A stretch of 64,000 nucleotides of DNA, taken from NCBI RefSeq assembly GCF_965641715.1, contig NZ_OZ282453.1. The stretch is one strand, 5' to 3'. The translations under genes and the position numbers were made by a program. How positions within the stretch are numbered: the first letter of the stretch is position 1; every line of letters begins with the position of its first letter. Source of the stretch: Escherichia coli (GTDB taxonomy: Bacteria; Pseudomonadota; Gammaproteobacteria; Enterobacterales; Enterobacteriaceae). Shown here one piece after another: positions 42,501 to 54,271 of the stretch. The notes under the pieces were generated by a model. The model was not told where the DNA came from, did no database searches, and saw only the letters and a list, made by a program, of their open reading frames with translations.

Positions 42501-43325
42501 ATGATTTTGACTCCCATACGACGATATGGGGCGATGATTCTTATGTTACTCACTCTGGTGTTTTCGAGTGAGGTGTTAGCGAAGACGCACACAACAACAG
42601 CGAGTCAAAAGTCCCACTTAACTAAAGCTAGTAATAAACAGGTAAGCAGTAAACAAGAGTATTCTCGCAATAGTGCAAAGAGTAGTTCACTTCCTGATTT
42701 GCGAAAATACCCTTCCGGAACACCAAGGAAAAAGGCGTTTCTCCGGACCGTAATGCCTTACATTACCAGCCAAAATGCAGCCATTACTGCAGAACGTAAC
42801 TGGCTGATTTCAAAACAGTATCAGGGCCAATGGTCACCTGCTGAGCGTGCGCGTCTGAAAGACATCGCCAAACGCTACAAGGTGAAGTGGTCTGGTAATA
42901 CGCGAAAAATCCCGTGGAATGCCTTGCTTGAACGCGTAGACATTATCCCTACCAGTATGGTGGCGACGATGGCTGCAGCAGAAAGCGGTTGGGGAACGTC
43001 GAAGCTGGCGCGCAACAACAACAATCTTTTCGGCATGAAATGCATGAAAGGACGTTGTACCAATGCGCCGGGTAAAGTGAAAGGGTACTCACAGTTTAGT
43101 TCTGTCAAAGAATCGGTGAGCGCCTATGTCACTAACCTCAATACGCATCCGGCTTACTCTTCGTTCCGTAAATCGCGTGCGCAGCTGCGTAAAGCTGATC
43201 AGGAAGTGACTGCCACAGCGATGATTCACAAGCTGAAGGGCTACTCGACCAAAGGGAAGAGTTATAACAACTACCTGTTCGCAATGTACCAGGATAACCA
43301 ACGGTTAATCGCGGCGCATATGTAA
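42501..43325 (+). CDS. bax: Bax protein (putative glucosaminidase-like), 274 aa
   Basis: Length and sequence match; between malS and xylR. Confidence 0.88.
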   Translation: MILTPIRRYGAMILMLLTLVFSSEVLAKTHTTTASQKSHLTKASNKQVSSKQEYSRNSAKSSSLPDLRKYPSGTPRKKAFLRTVMPYITSQNAAITAERNWLISKQYQGQWSPAERARLKDIAKRYKVKWSGNTRKIPWNALLERVDIIPTSMVATMAAAESGWGTSKLARNNNNLFGMKCMKGRCTNAPGKVKGYSQFSSVKESVSAYVTNLNTHPAYSSFRKSRAQLRKADQEVTATAMIHKLKGYSTKGKSYNNYLFAMYQDNQRLIAAHM

Positions 43326-43343
43326 TTGTATTTCCTCGAGCCT

Positions 43344-43412
43344 TATCCGACTTGTCGGTCGGATAAGGCTTTTGATCGCATCAGGTGGTTGTGCTGAGTT
43401 ACCTGATGCGAC
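43344..43412. terminator. Two adjacent hairpins between convergent bax and xylR (terminator / REP-like)
   Basis: gccttatccgacttgtcggtcggataaggc palindrome followed by gcatcaggt...acctgatgc palindrome. Confidence 0.5.
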
Positions 43413-43432
43413 GCCGACAATTCTCATCATCG

Positions 43433-44611
43433 CTACAACATGACCTCGCTATTTACATCGCGATACTCTTTTGGCGTCGTGTCATATGCTTTTTTAAAAA
43501 CAGAGTAGAAATATTGCAGCGATGGATAACCGCACATTTGCGATATCTCATTGATCGACAAGGTGGTTGAAATCAGCAGACTGCGCGCTTTCTCCAGCTT
43601 CTCGGCATGAATCATGGCATGGATGGTTTCACCCACCTCTTCTTTAAAACGCTTCTCAAGATTGGAGCGCGAGATCCCGACCGCATCGAGTACCTGATCC
43701 ACTTTAATCCCTTTACAGGCGTGATTACGAATGTAATGCATGGCCTGAATAACGGCGGGATCGGTCAGCGAACGGTAATCTGTTGAGCGCCGTTCAATGA
43801 CGCGAACTGGAGGGACCAAAATCCGCTGTAGCGGCATTTCTTCTTTATCTAATAATCGATGCAACAGTTTTGCCGCCTGATAGCCCATTTGCCGCGCGCC
43901 CTGAGCGACCGAAGAAAGGGCGACACGCGACAGATAGCGGGTCAGTTCTTCGTTATCGATGCCAATCACGCATAATTTTTCCGGTACGGGAATGTGTAGA
44001 TGTTCACATACTTGCAGAATATGCCGCGCCCGGGCGTCAGTAACGGCAATAATCCCGGTTTGCGGTGGCAGAGTTTGTAGCCAGTCTGCCAGCCGATTTT
44101 GCGCGTGTTGCCAGTTCTCTGGTGCGGTTTCTAACCCCTGATAAACCACTCCGCGATACTTTTCTTCGGCGACAAGCTGACGAAATGCATATTCGCGTTC
44201 AGTGGCCCAACGTTTGCCGCTTGATTCCGGAAGACCATAAAAAGCAAAGCGGTTAACGCCTTTCTCTTTTAAATGCAAAAATGCGCTTTCAACCAGCGCA
44301 TAGTTATCGGTGGCAATGTAATGAACGGGTGGGTAACTTTCTGCAAGGTGATACGAGCCGCCAACCCCAACAATGGGGACGTCGACATCAGCCAGCGCTT
44401 GCTCGATCTGTTTGTCGTCGAAGTCGGCAATGACGCCATCTCCTAACCAGTCCTTGATTTTATCAATGCGGGCGCGGAAATCTTCTTCAATGAAAATATC
44501 CCATTCCGATTGTGACGCCTGTAAATATTCCCCTACGCCTTCTACTACCTGCCGGTCATAGGCTTTATTGGCATTGAACAGTAATGTGATGCGGTGACGT
44601 TTAGTAAACAT
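43433..44611 (-). CDS. xylR: Xylose operon transcriptional activator (AraC family with periplasmic-binding-protein-like sensor), 392 aa
   Basis: Length, sequence and position after xylFGH. Confidence 0.95.
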   Translation of the reverse strand: MFTKRHRITLLFNANKAYDRQVVEGVGEYLQASQSEWDIFIEEDFRARIDKIKDWLGDGVIADFDDKQIEQALADVDVPIVGVGGSYHLAESYPPVHYIATDNYALVESAFLHLKEKGVNRFAFYGLPESSGKRWATEREYAFRQLVAEEKYRGVVYQGLETAPENWQHAQNRLADWLQTLPPQTGIIAVTDARARHILQVCEHLHIPVPEKLCVIGIDNEELTRYLSRVALSSVAQGARQMGYQAAKLLHRLLDKEEMPLQRILVPPVRVIERRSTDYRSLTDPAVIQAMHYIRNHACKGIKVDQVLDAVGISRSNLEKRFKEEVGETIHAMIHAEKLEKARSLLISTTLSINEISQMCGYPSLQYFYSVFKKAYDTTPKEYRDVNSEVML

Positions 44612-44639
44612 GGTTCTTTTCCTGCTGAATCATGCAAAA

Positions 44640-44670
44640 ACTCAAAACCGGTAATACGTTACCGGCTTTG
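44640..44670 (-). terminator. Rho-independent terminator after xylH
   Basis: On the minus strand, hairpin accggtaa / ttaccggt followed by a U-rich run (ttttgagttttt). Confidence 0.5.
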
Positions 44671-44688
44671 AGAAAATTTTTATCAAAA

Positions 44689-45870
44689 TCAAGAACGGCG
44701 TTTGGTTGCGGAGTCCATCCATACTGCCAGCAACAGAATCGCACCTTTAACGATATACTGCCAGAAGGTCGGTACATCCATCATACTCATACCGTTATCC
44801 AGTGAAGCCATGATGAATGCCCCCATTACCGCTCCAGCCACGCTCCCGACGCCGCCTGCCAGACTGGTGCCGCCAATCACGCATGCTGCAATTGCGTCCA
44901 GCTCGGCGATATTCCCCGCAGAAGGTGAACCAGCGCCAAGTCGAGAACTGAGGATTAATCCGGCGATGGCTACCATTAATCCGTTAATAGCGAACACGGC
45001 AAGTTTGGTGCGTTCAACGTTAATCCCGGAGAGACGTGCTGCTTCCAGATTGCCGCCGATGGCATAAATGCGTCGTCCAAATGCTGTCCGCGTTGCCATA
45101 AACATTCCGCCGAGTAACAGCAACGTCAGCAGCAGAACAGGAGTGGGAACGCCACGGTAATCATTCAACAGCCAGATTGCGCCTAATACGATGATAGCGG
45201 TTAAAGCCTGGCGACCGACTACTGCGGTAGAGGCCGGAGACTGCAAACCCAAAGCCTGACGGCGCATTCTTCCGCGCCATTGCCAGCCAACAAAAGCCAT
45301 TAAGCCAAGCGCGCCAATGATGAAGCCGGTGCTGGCGGGGAGATAGCTTTGCCCAATTTGTGACATCGCGGCGCTGGTGGGGGATACAGTCGTGCCGTTG
45401 GTGATGCCAATGAGTATGCCGCGAAATGCCAACATGCCCGCGAGAGTGACAATAAATGAAGGGACTTTGCGGTACGCGACCCACCATCCGTTCCAGGCAC
45501 CGAGAAGCAGTCCCAGAACCAACGTCACAATGATGGTAAGTGGCAAAGGCCAGCCTAGCCAGACGTCACAAATCGCCGCGACGCCACCTAATAGCCCCAT
45601 CATTGAGCCGACGGAAAGGTCGATTTCAGCAGAAATTATGACGAACACCATTCCTACCGCGAGGATGCCGGTAATCGCGGTCTGGCGTAACAGGTTGGAG
45701 ACGTTACGGGCGCTTAAGTAGGCACCATCGGTGGTCCAGGTAAAGAACAGCATGATTGCGATGATAGCTGCAATCATCACGAAGACCTGCAAATTCAGTG
45801 ATTTCAGCCCGGAGAAGCCACCGGATGTCGGTACGGCCAATTTCACTTCAGACGGATTGCTTTTCGACAT
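44689..45870 (-). CDS. xylH: Xylose ABC transporter permease, 393 aa
   Basis: Polytopic permease; start overlaps xylG by 23 nt. Confidence 0.95.
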
Positions 45871-47389
45871 GATGTTCGCTCCTCAATGCGGCTTCCATCA
45901 CCTGCTCCTGAGTCAGGTTATGATTTATCAGGTTGGCTTTTAGTTTCCCTTCATGCATCACCAGTACACGATCGCTAAGGCCGAGCACTTCAGGTAATTC
46001 AGAAGAGATGACAATAACGGCAATACCCTGCTGGACGAGTTGGTTAATTAATTTGTAGATCTCGTATTTCGCGCCAATATCAATACCCCTGGTAGGTTCA
46101 TCAAGAATGAGAATGCGCGGGTTGAGTAACAGACAGCGGGCGAGGATCGCTTTTTGCTGATTGCCGCCGCTCAAACGTCCAATAGCAAGGTCGGGGGACG
46201 ACGTTTTAACTTTGAGTTGCTGGATTGATTCCAGAATACATTTTTGCTCTGCCGCGTCATCAAGCTGGCTAATGCCACCGGTAAATTTATTGAGTGCGGC
46301 GAGGGTAATATTTTTACCAACCGCCATTACCGGAACGATGCCGTCGCGCTTTCTGTCTTCGGGGACCATCGCAATCCCCTGGGCGATGGCTTGCTGACAG
46401 TTACGAATATCTACCTGTTTGCCATCAATATAAATTTTTCCTTCCCATTGTCCGGGCCACACACCAAACAGGCACTGAATGGTCTCGGTACGTCCGGCAC
46501 CAACGAGTCCGGCAATACCCAGTATTTCGCCACGTTTCAGGGAAAACGAGACATCATTAACTCGTTTAATATGACGATTAACCGGATGCCATGCCGTCAG
46601 ATGTTCAATACGTAATATTTCATCTCCGGTGGTATGTGGTTCATTAGGGTAAAGCGCGGTTAACTCTCGCCCGACCATCATGGTGATAATATCGTCTTCA
46701 CTCATTCCGGCAGCATCACGCGTACCAATGTGCTGTCCGTCGCGAATAACGCAAATCGTATCGGAAATCGCTTTGACTTCGTTGAGTTTGTGCGAAATAT
46801 AAATACAGGCGATACCGTGCTGTTGTAGATCGCGAATAATATCCAGTAAAACCGACGTTTCCTGCTCAGTTAATGAGGCTGTCGGTTCATCGAGAATTAA
46901 CAAGCGCACCTGTTTATTAAGTGCCTTGGCAATTTCAACCAGTTGTTGTTGCCCAAGCCCTAAATCGCCAACGCGGGTATCAGGTGAAATGGATAAACTG
47001 ACCTGTGCGAGCAGCTTCTGACAGCGTAGCGTCATCAGGTCATAATCCATAATGCCATTGTGGGTTATTTCGTTACCCAGGAAGATATTTTCCAGCACGG
47101 TCAATTCTTTCACCAGGGCCAATTCCTGGTGAATGATGGCGATACCTTTGCGTTCGGTATCGCGGATGTGACTCGCCTGAATCTCTTCTCCCGCAAAAAT
47201 AATTTCGCCTTCGTAGGAGCCATGGGGATAAATACCACACAGCACTTTCATCAGCGTTGATTTACCAGACCCATTTTCCCCACAGAGTGAGACGATTTCG
47301 CCAGCATTCAACCGCAAGCTGACGTTATCAATCGCCTTCACACTGCCGAAGGTTTTGGTAATGTTCTTCATTTCAAGTAGATAAGGCAT
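45848..47389 (-). CDS. xylG: Xylose ABC transporter ATP-binding protein (duplicated ABC domains), 513 aa
   Basis: Two Walker A motifs ([18 protein letters not shown]). Confidence 0.95.
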
Positions 47390-47466
47390 AACGACTCCAC
47401 CTAAGCCAATTCATTCACGCGGCATGGAGAGAAATCACGCCCCCGCTCCGCGCTGGGGCGTAACGC

Positions 47467-48459
47467 TTACAGCTCGCTCTCTTTGTGGAATCCGTCTTTA
47501 ATTACCGTATCTTTGATGTTGTTTTTATTCACATCGATCGGTGTCAGGAGGCGGGAGGGGACATCTTTCAGGCCATTATTCAGTGAGGTATCTGCTTTTG
47601 GCTCCTGACCATTGCCCAACTCAACGGCAATTTCTGCGGCAGTATTTGCCAGCAATGTAATAGGTTTATATACCGTCATAGTTTGCGTACCGGCAGCAAT
47701 ACGTTTAATACCTGCGAGATCCGCATCCTGGCCAGAAATTGCTACTTTCCCTGATAAACCTTGCGCGCTTAATGCCTGAATTGCCCCACCTGCGGTGGCA
47801 TCGTTTGAGGCAACTACAGCATCAATTTTGTTATTATTGGCGGTTAGCGCGTTTTCCATAATTTTCAATGCGTTTTCCGGTAACCAGCCATCAACCCATT
47901 GGTCACCAACGACTTTAATTTTTCCGGAATCAACGTAAGGTTGTAACACTTTCATTTGTCCGGCGCGGAACAGCTTGGCGTTGTTATCTACCGGCGAGCC
48001 GCCCATCAGGAAGTAATTACCTTGCGGAACAATATCGACCAGGGCTTTTGCCTGCAGTTCACCGACTTTTTCGTTATCGAAAGAAATATAAAAATCGATA
48101 TCCGCATCGTTAATCATACGGTCGTAAGCTAATACTTTAATGCCTTCTTGTTTGGCTTCTTTTACAACGTTACTTAATACCTGACCGTTATACGGAATAA
48201 TGACAAGAACATCGACACCCCGGTTTATCATGTTTTCAATCTGCGACATTTGTGTTTCTTCATTGCCATTTGCAGACTGTACAAATACTTTCGCGCCGAG
48301 AGATTCTGCCTTTTTCACAAAGATATCTCGATCTTTTTGCCAGCGTTCAAGACGGAGATCATCAATCGCCATACCTATTTTGACTTCTTTGGCGTGTGCC
48401 GCAACGTTGGTAAGCAGAAGTGAGGTGCAAAGGGTGAGTAGAATGTTCTTTATTTTCAT
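47467..48459 (-). CDS. xylF: Xylose ABC transporter periplasmic binding protein, 330 aa
   Basis: Start refined to ATG 48459 (MKIKNILLTLCTSLLLTNVAAHA signal peptide). Confidence 0.93.
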   Translation of the reverse strand: MKIKNILLTLCTSLLLTNVAAHAKEVKIGMAIDDLRLERWQKDRDIFVKKAESLGAKVFVQSANGNEETQMSQIENMINRGVDVLVIIPYNGQVLSNVVKEAKQEGIKVLAYDRMINDADIDFYISFDNEKVGELQAKALVDIVPQGNYFLMGGSPVDNNAKLFRAGQMKVLQPYVDSGKIKVVGDQWVDGWLPENALKIMENALTANNNKIDAVVASNDATAGGAIQALSAQGLSGKVAISGQDADLAGIKRIAAGTQTMTVYKPITLLANTAAEIAVELGNGQEPKADTSLNNGLKDVPSRLLTPIDVNKNNIKDTVIKDGFHKESEL

Positions 48460-48824
48460 GGTGTAGGGCCTTCTGTAGTTAGAGGACAGCTTTAATAAGT
48501 AACAATCACCGCGATAAACGTAACCAATTTTTAGCAACTAAACAGGGGAAAACAATTACAGATTTTTATCTTTCGATTACGATTTTTGGTTTATTTCTTG
48601 ATTTATGACCGAGATCTTACTTTTGTTGCGCAATTGTACTTATTGCATTTTTCTCTTCGAGGAATTACCCAGTTTCCTCATTCCATTTTATTTTGCGAGC
48701 GAGCGCACACTTGTGAATTATCTCAATAGCAGTGTGAAATAACATAATTGAGCAACTGAAAGGGAGTGCCCAATATTACGACATCATCCATCACCCGCGG
48801 CATTACCTGATTATGGAGTTCAAT
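48460..48824. promoter_or_regulatory. Divergent xylAB / xylFGHR control region (XylR and CRP binding region)
   Basis: Intergenic position between divergent xyl operons; AT-rich with TGTGA-like motifs; regulation from established knowledge. Confidence 0.55.
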
Positions 48825-50147
48825 ATGCAAGCCTATTTTGACCAGCTCGATCGCGTTCGTTATGAAGGCTCAAAATCCTCAAACCCGTTAGCATTCCGTC
48901 ACTACAATCCCGACGAACTGGTGTTGGGCAAGCGTATGGAAGAGCACTTGCGATTTGCCGCCTGCTACTGGCACACCTTCTGCTGGAACGGGGCGGACAT
49001 GTTTGGTGTGGGGGCGTTTAATCGTCCGTGGCAGCAGCCTGGTGAGGCACTGGCGTTGGCGAAGCGTAAAGCAGATGTCGCATTTGAGTTTTTCCACAAG
49101 TTACATGTGCCATTTTATTGCTTCCACGATGTGGATGTTTCCCCTGAGGGCGCGTCGTTAAAAGAGTACATCAATAATTTTGCGCAAATGGTTGATGTCC
49201 TGGCAGGCAAGCAAGAAGAGAGCGGCGTGAAGCTGCTGTGGGGAACCGCCAACTGCTTTACAAACCCTCGCTACGGCGCGGGTGCGGCGACGAACCCAGA
49301 TCCAGAAGTCTTCAGCTGGGCGGCAACGCAAGTTGTTACAGCGATGGAAGCAACCCATAAATTGGGTGGTGAAAACTATGTCCTGTGGGGCGGTCGTGAA
49401 GGTTACGAAACGCTGTTAAATACCGACTTGCGTCAGGAGCGTGAACAACTGGGCCGCTTTATGCAAATGGTGGTTGAGCATAAACATAAAATCGGCTTCC
49501 AGGGCACGTTGCTTATCGAACCGAAACCGCAAGAACCGACTAAACATCAATATGATTACGATGCTGCGACAGTCTATGGCTTCCTGAAACAGTTTGGTCT
49601 GGAAAAAGAGATTAAACTGAACATTGAAGCTAACCACGCGACGCTGGCAGGTCACTCTTTCCATCATGAAATTGCCACCGCCATTGCGCTTGGCCTGTTT
49701 GGTTCTGTCGACGCGAACCGTGGCGATGCGCAACTGGGCTGGGACACCGATCAGTTCCCGAACAGTGTGGAAGAGAATGCGCTGGTAATGTATGAAATTC
49801 TCAAAGCAGGCGGTTTCACCACCGGCGGTCTGAACTTCGATGCCAAAGTACGTCGTCAAAGTACTGATAAATATGATCTGTTTTACGGTCATATCGGCGC
49901 GATGGATACGATGGCACTGGCGCTGAAAATTGCAGCGCGCATGATTGAAGATGGCGAGCTGGATAAACGCATCGCGCAGCGTTATTCCGGCTGGAATAGC
50001 GAATTAGGCCAGCAAATCCTGAAAGGCCAAATGTCACTGGCAGATTTAGCCAAATATGCTCAGGAACATAATTTGTCTCCGGTGCATCAGAGTGGTCGCC
50101 AGGAGCAACTGGAAAATCTGGTAAATCATTATCTGTTCGACAAATAA
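48825..50147 (+). CDS. xylA: Xylose isomerase, 440 aa
   Basis: Start refined to ATG 48825 ([16 protein letters not shown]...). Confidence 0.95.
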
Positions 50148-50218
50148 CGGCTAACTGTGCAGTCCGTTGGCCCGGTTATCGGTAGCGATACCGGGCATTT
50201 TTTTAAGGAACGATCGAT

Positions 50219-51673
50219 ATGTATATCGGGATAGATCTTGGCACCTCGGGCGTAAAAGTTATTTTGCTTAACGAGCAGGGTGAGGTGGTTGCTTCGCAAA
50301 CGGAAAAGCTGACCGTTTCGCGCCCGCATCCACTCTGGTCGGAACAAGACCCGGAACAGTGGTGGCAGTCAACTGATCGCGCAATGAAAGCTCTGGGCGA
50401 TCAGCATTCTCTGCAGGACGTTAAAGCATTGGGTATTGCCGGCCAGATGCACGGAGCAACCTTACTGGATGCTCAACAACGGGTATTGCGCCCTGCCATT
50501 TTGTGGAACGACGGGCGCTGTGCGCAAGAGTGCGCTTTGCTGGAAGCGAGAGTTCCGCAATCACGAGTGATTACCGGCAACCTGATGATGCCCGGATTTA
50601 CTGCGCCTAAATTGCTATGGGTTCAGCGGCATGAGCCGGAGATATTCCGTCAAATCGACAAAGTATTATTACCGAAAGATTACTTGCGTCTGCGTATGAC
50701 GGGGGAGTTTGCCAGCGATATGTCTGACGCAGCTGGCACCATGTGGCTGGATGTCGCAAAGCGTGACTGGAGTGACGTCATGCTGCAGGCTTGCGACTTA
50801 TCTCGTGACCAGATGCCCGCATTATACGAAGGCAGCGAAATTACTGGTGCTTTGTTACCTGAAGTTGCGAAAGCGTGGGGTATGGCGACGGTGCCAGTTG
50901 TCGCAGGCGGTGGCGACAATGCAGCTGGTGCAGTTGGTGTGGGAATGGTTGATGCTAATCAGGCAATGTTATCGCTGGGGACGTCGGGGGTCTATTTTGC
51001 TGTCAGCGAAGGGTTTTTAAGCAAGCCAGAAAGCGCCGTACACAGCTTTTGCCATGCGCTACCGCAGCGTTGGCATTTAATGTCTGTAATGCTGAGTGCA
51101 GCGTCGTGTCTGGATTGGGCCGCGAAATTAACCGGCCTGAGCAATGTCCCAGCTTTAATCGCTGCAGCTCAACAGGCTGATGAAAGTGCCGAGCCAGTTT
51201 GGTTTCTGCCTTATCTTTCCGGTGAGCGTACGCCACACAATAATCCCCAGGCGAAGGGGGTTTTCTTTGGTTTGACTCATCAACATGGCCCCAATGAACT
51301 GGCGCGAGCAGTGCTGGAAGGCGTGGGTTATGCGCTGGCAGATGGCATGGATGTCGTGCATGCCTGCGGCATTAAACCGCAAAGTGTTACGTTGATTGGT
51401 GGCGGGGCGCGTAGTGAGTACTGGCGTCAGATGCTGGCGGATATCAGCGGTCAGCAGCTCGATTACCGTACGGGGGGGGATGTGGGGCCAGCACTGGGCG
51501 CAGCAAGGCTGGCGCAGATTGCGGCGAATCCAGAGAAATCGCTCATTGAGTTGTTGCCGCAACTACCGTTAGAACAGTCGCATCTACCAGATGCGCAGCG
51601 TTATGCCGCTTATCAGCCACGACGAGAAACGTTCCGTCGCCTCTATCAGCAACTTCTGCCATTAATGGCGTAA
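50219..51673 (+). CDS. xylB: Xylulokinase, 484 aa
   Basis: FGGY kinase; length and position match. Confidence 0.95.
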   Translation: MYIGIDLGTSGVKVILLNEQGEVVASQTEKLTVSRPHPLWSEQDPEQWWQSTDRAMKALGDQHSLQDVKALGIAGQMHGATLLDAQQRVLRPAILWNDGRCAQECALLEARVPQSRVITGNLMMPGFTAPKLLWVQRHEPEIFRQIDKVLLPKDYLRLRMTGEFASDMSDAAGTMWLDVAKRDWSDVMLQACDLSRDQMPALYEGSEITGALLPEVAKAWGMATVPVVAGGGDNAAGAVGVGMVDANQAMLSLGTSGVYFAVSEGFLSKPESAVHSFCHALPQRWHLMSVMLSAASCLDWAAKLTGLSNVPALIAAAQQADESAEPVWFLPYLSGERTPHNNPQAKGVFFGLTHQHGPNELARAVLEGVGYALADGMDVVHACGIKPQSVTLIGGGARSEYWRQMLADISGQQLDYRTGGDVGPALGAARLAQIAANPEKSLIELLPQLPLEQSHLPDAQRYAAYQPRRETFRRLYQQLLPLMA

Positions 51674-51841
51674 ACGTTATCCCCTGCCTGACCGGGTGGG
51701 GGATAATTCACATCTATATATCTCAGTAATTAATTAATATTTAGTATGAATTTATTCTGAAAATCATTTGTTAATGGCATTTTTCAGTTTTGTCTTTCGT
51801 TGGTTACTCGTAATGTATCGCTGGTAGATATGGAGATCGTT

Positions 51842-52183
51842 ATGAAAACCTCAAAAACTGTGGCAAAACTATTATTTGTTGTCGGGGCGCTGGTTTATCT
51901 GGTTGGGCTATGGATCTCATGCCCATTGTTGAGTGGAAAAGGCTATTTTCTTGGCGTGTTAATGACAGCAACTTTTGGCAACTATGCATATCTTCGCGCA
52001 GAAAAACTCGGGCAACTGGATAATTTTTTTACCCATATTTGCCAGTTAGTTGCGTTAATCACTATCGGTCTCTTGTTTATCGGTGTTTTAAATGCACCTA
52101 TCAATGCTTATGAAATGGTGATCTACCCCATCGCCTTTTTTGTCTGCTTGTTTGGTCAAATGCGTTTGTTTCGCTCGGCATGA
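51842..52183 (+). CDS. yiaB: Small inner-membrane protein YiaB, 113 aa
   Basis: ATG 51842 preceded by SD ggag; single YiaAB-type hairpin domain. Confidence 0.8.
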   Translation: MKTSKTVAKLLFVVGALVYLVGLWISCPLLSGKGYFLGVLMTATFGNYAYLRAEKLGQLDNFFTHICQLVALITIGLLFIGVLNAPINAYEMVIYPIAFFVCLFGQMRLFRSA

Positions 52184-52228
52184 GCAACATAAAGCTCTTA
52201 CACATTCAGGAATGAAAGGAATACTGTG

Positions 52229-52666
52229 ATGGACAACAAAATATCAACCTATTCACCGGCCTTTAGTATTGTGTCATGGATAGCTCTCGTTGGTGGTATC
52301 GTTACCTATCTGTTAGGGCTATGGAATGCAGAGATGCAGTTAAATGAAAAAGGATATTATTTTGCCGTACTGGTATTAGGACTGTTTTCTGCGGCGTCTT
52401 ATCAAAAGACCGTTCGGGACAAGTATGAAGGCATACCGACCACTTCCATTTATTATATGACCTGCCTGACTGTCTTTATTATCTCTGTTGCATTACTGAT
52501 GGTAGGTCTGTGGAATGCGACATTATTACTCAGCGAAAAAGGTTTTTATGGACTGGCTTTCTTCTTAAGCTTGTTTGGTGCAGTAGCGGTGCAGAAAAAT
52601 ATTCGTGATGCCGGAATAAACCCACCAAAAGAAACACAGGTTACCCAGGAAGAATACAGCGAATAA
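52229..52666 (+). CDS. yiaA: Inner-membrane protein YiaA, 145 aa
   Basis: Two tandem YiaAB-type domains ([17 protein letters not shown]... and [17 protein letters not shown]...). Confidence 0.8.
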
Positions 52667-52707
52667 CTCACGTAAGCCCGGTCTGTCCAATGTGACCGGG
52701 CTTTTAC

Positions 52708-53703
52708 TTAACTCACTAATCTGTTTCTGTCGATTCGTTGTACCAGCATAGAAAGTAACAAACTCGCTGCCAACGTCGCGCAAAAAATCCAAATAATATC
52801 CAGTATTGGCCAATTTTTAAGCTCAATTCCCCGGGTGCGCAGCGCATGGATAATCAAGGCGTGGAATCCGTATATACCCAACGAATGGCGGGAGATTAAG
52901 CCAAGTCCGCGAATGGTACGCGTATCCAGCGTGTTTTTAACCAGAGTCAATAGCGCGATTGCGCAGATAAAAACCATCGGCCCACAGTAAAGATACCAGG
53001 TATCGGCAAAATTTCCGCGCCACTGCAATTCATATAATGTCCCGCGAGAGATAATAAAAACTCCCGTCGCAAACAGTGCGGTGCTCACCCACGACAGTGC
53101 TTTATGCTGTGTGTCCATCATCCCTATAGCGCGGCCCAACATGCCATACAGAATGTAATAAAAAGTATCGCCATTGATATATAAGTTAATTGGCAGCCAT
53201 TCAAAACCGTCGATTTTCTGCGGCACGGTGTTTGGGTTAGCGATGATACCAATCACCACCATTAGCACCAGCAACATTTTTCCGCCGACGTTCTTCACCT
53301 GAATCAGCGGTGAAACCAGATAAATCACCGCAATCGCGAAGAAAAACCATAAGTGGTAAAACACTGGCTTTTGCAGCAGGTTTTTCAGCGCTAACTCCAC
53401 ATTAATGGAGGTAAACAGTGCAATGTAGAGCAGCGCGATTGCGCTATAAAAAAACAGACATAAGCCGATACGCAAGAAATGGCGCGGCTGGGCGCTGCGT
53501 TCGCCAAAAAAGAGATAGCCGGAAATCATGAAAAATAGCGGCACGCTGACACGAGAGGCAGAGTTCAGAACATTGGCGATATCCCAGGTGACGGGGCTAA
53601 CACTATGAGCATTGGTCACATACCAGGTAGTGGTGTGAATCATCACCACCATTAAACACGCTATCCCTCGCAGGTTATCAATCCAGTAAATTTTGGGCTG
53701 CAT
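52708..53703 (-). CDS. wecH: Acyltransferase-3 family O-acetyltransferase, 331 aa
   Basis: About 10 transmembrane helices, acyltransferase-3 family; position between yiaA and ysaB. Confidence 0.88.
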   Translation of the reverse strand: MQPKIYWIDNLRGIACLMVVMIHTTTWYVTNAHSVSPVTWDIANVLNSASRVSVPLFFMISGYLFFGERSAQPRHFLRIGLCLFFYSAIALLYIALFTSINVELALKNLLQKPVFYHLWFFFAIAVIYLVSPLIQVKNVGGKMLLVLMVVIGIIANPNTVPQKIDGFEWLPINLYINGDTFYYILYGMLGRAIGMMDTQHKALSWVSTALFATGVFIISRGTLYELQWRGNFADTWYLYCGPMVFICAIALLTLVKNTLDTRTIRGLGLISRHSLGIYGFHALIIHALRTRGIELKNWPILDIIWIFCATLAASLLLSMLVQRIDRNRLVS

Positions 53704-53877
53704 CTGTGTCTCTGTATCTGGTTAAAAAAAGTCTGACCGATAAATCATTCAGTTGGCGCACTGGAATAATCTGAGTTTTAACACTACAGCTTATAGAGGC
53801 TTAAGGAAATTCGTAAGATATCAGCCACTATACCGATATAAATAATAAGACTCACCTGCAAACCAGACGGTAATTTA

Positions 53878-54177
53878 ATGATGATGAACTCTTTCTTTCC
53901 GGCAATGGCGCTTATGGTGCTAGTGGGTTGTTCTACACCGTCACCCGTGCAGAAAGCACAACGGGTAAAGGTTGATCCTCTGCGTTCGTTGAATATGGAA
54001 GCGTTATGCAAGGATCAGGCGGCAAAACGTTATAACACCGGCGAGCAAAAAATCGACGTCACCGCCTTCGAACAGTTCCAGGGAAGCTATGAAATGCGCG
54101 GTTATACCTTCCGTAAAGAGCAGTTTGTCTGTTCTTTTGACGCAGATGGCCATTTTTTGCATCTTTCCATGCGTTAA
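53878..54177 (+). CDS. ysaB: Lipoprotein YsaB, 99 aa
   Basis: Signal peptide with lipobox LVGCS; upstream of glyQ. Confidence 0.8.
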   Translation: MMMNSFFPAMALMVLVGCSTPSPVQKAQRVKVDPLRSLNMEALCKDQAAKRYNTGEQKIDVTAFEQFQGSYEMRGYTFRKEQFVCSFDADGHFLHLSMR

Positions 54178-54271
54178 GCCCTGCTTTTTCCCGTTTCGTA
54201 CTGTATATCTTCCATCCAGCGGGTATACTGATCCCTTCCTTTAAATCCACACGTATCCAGCACGAAATAAT

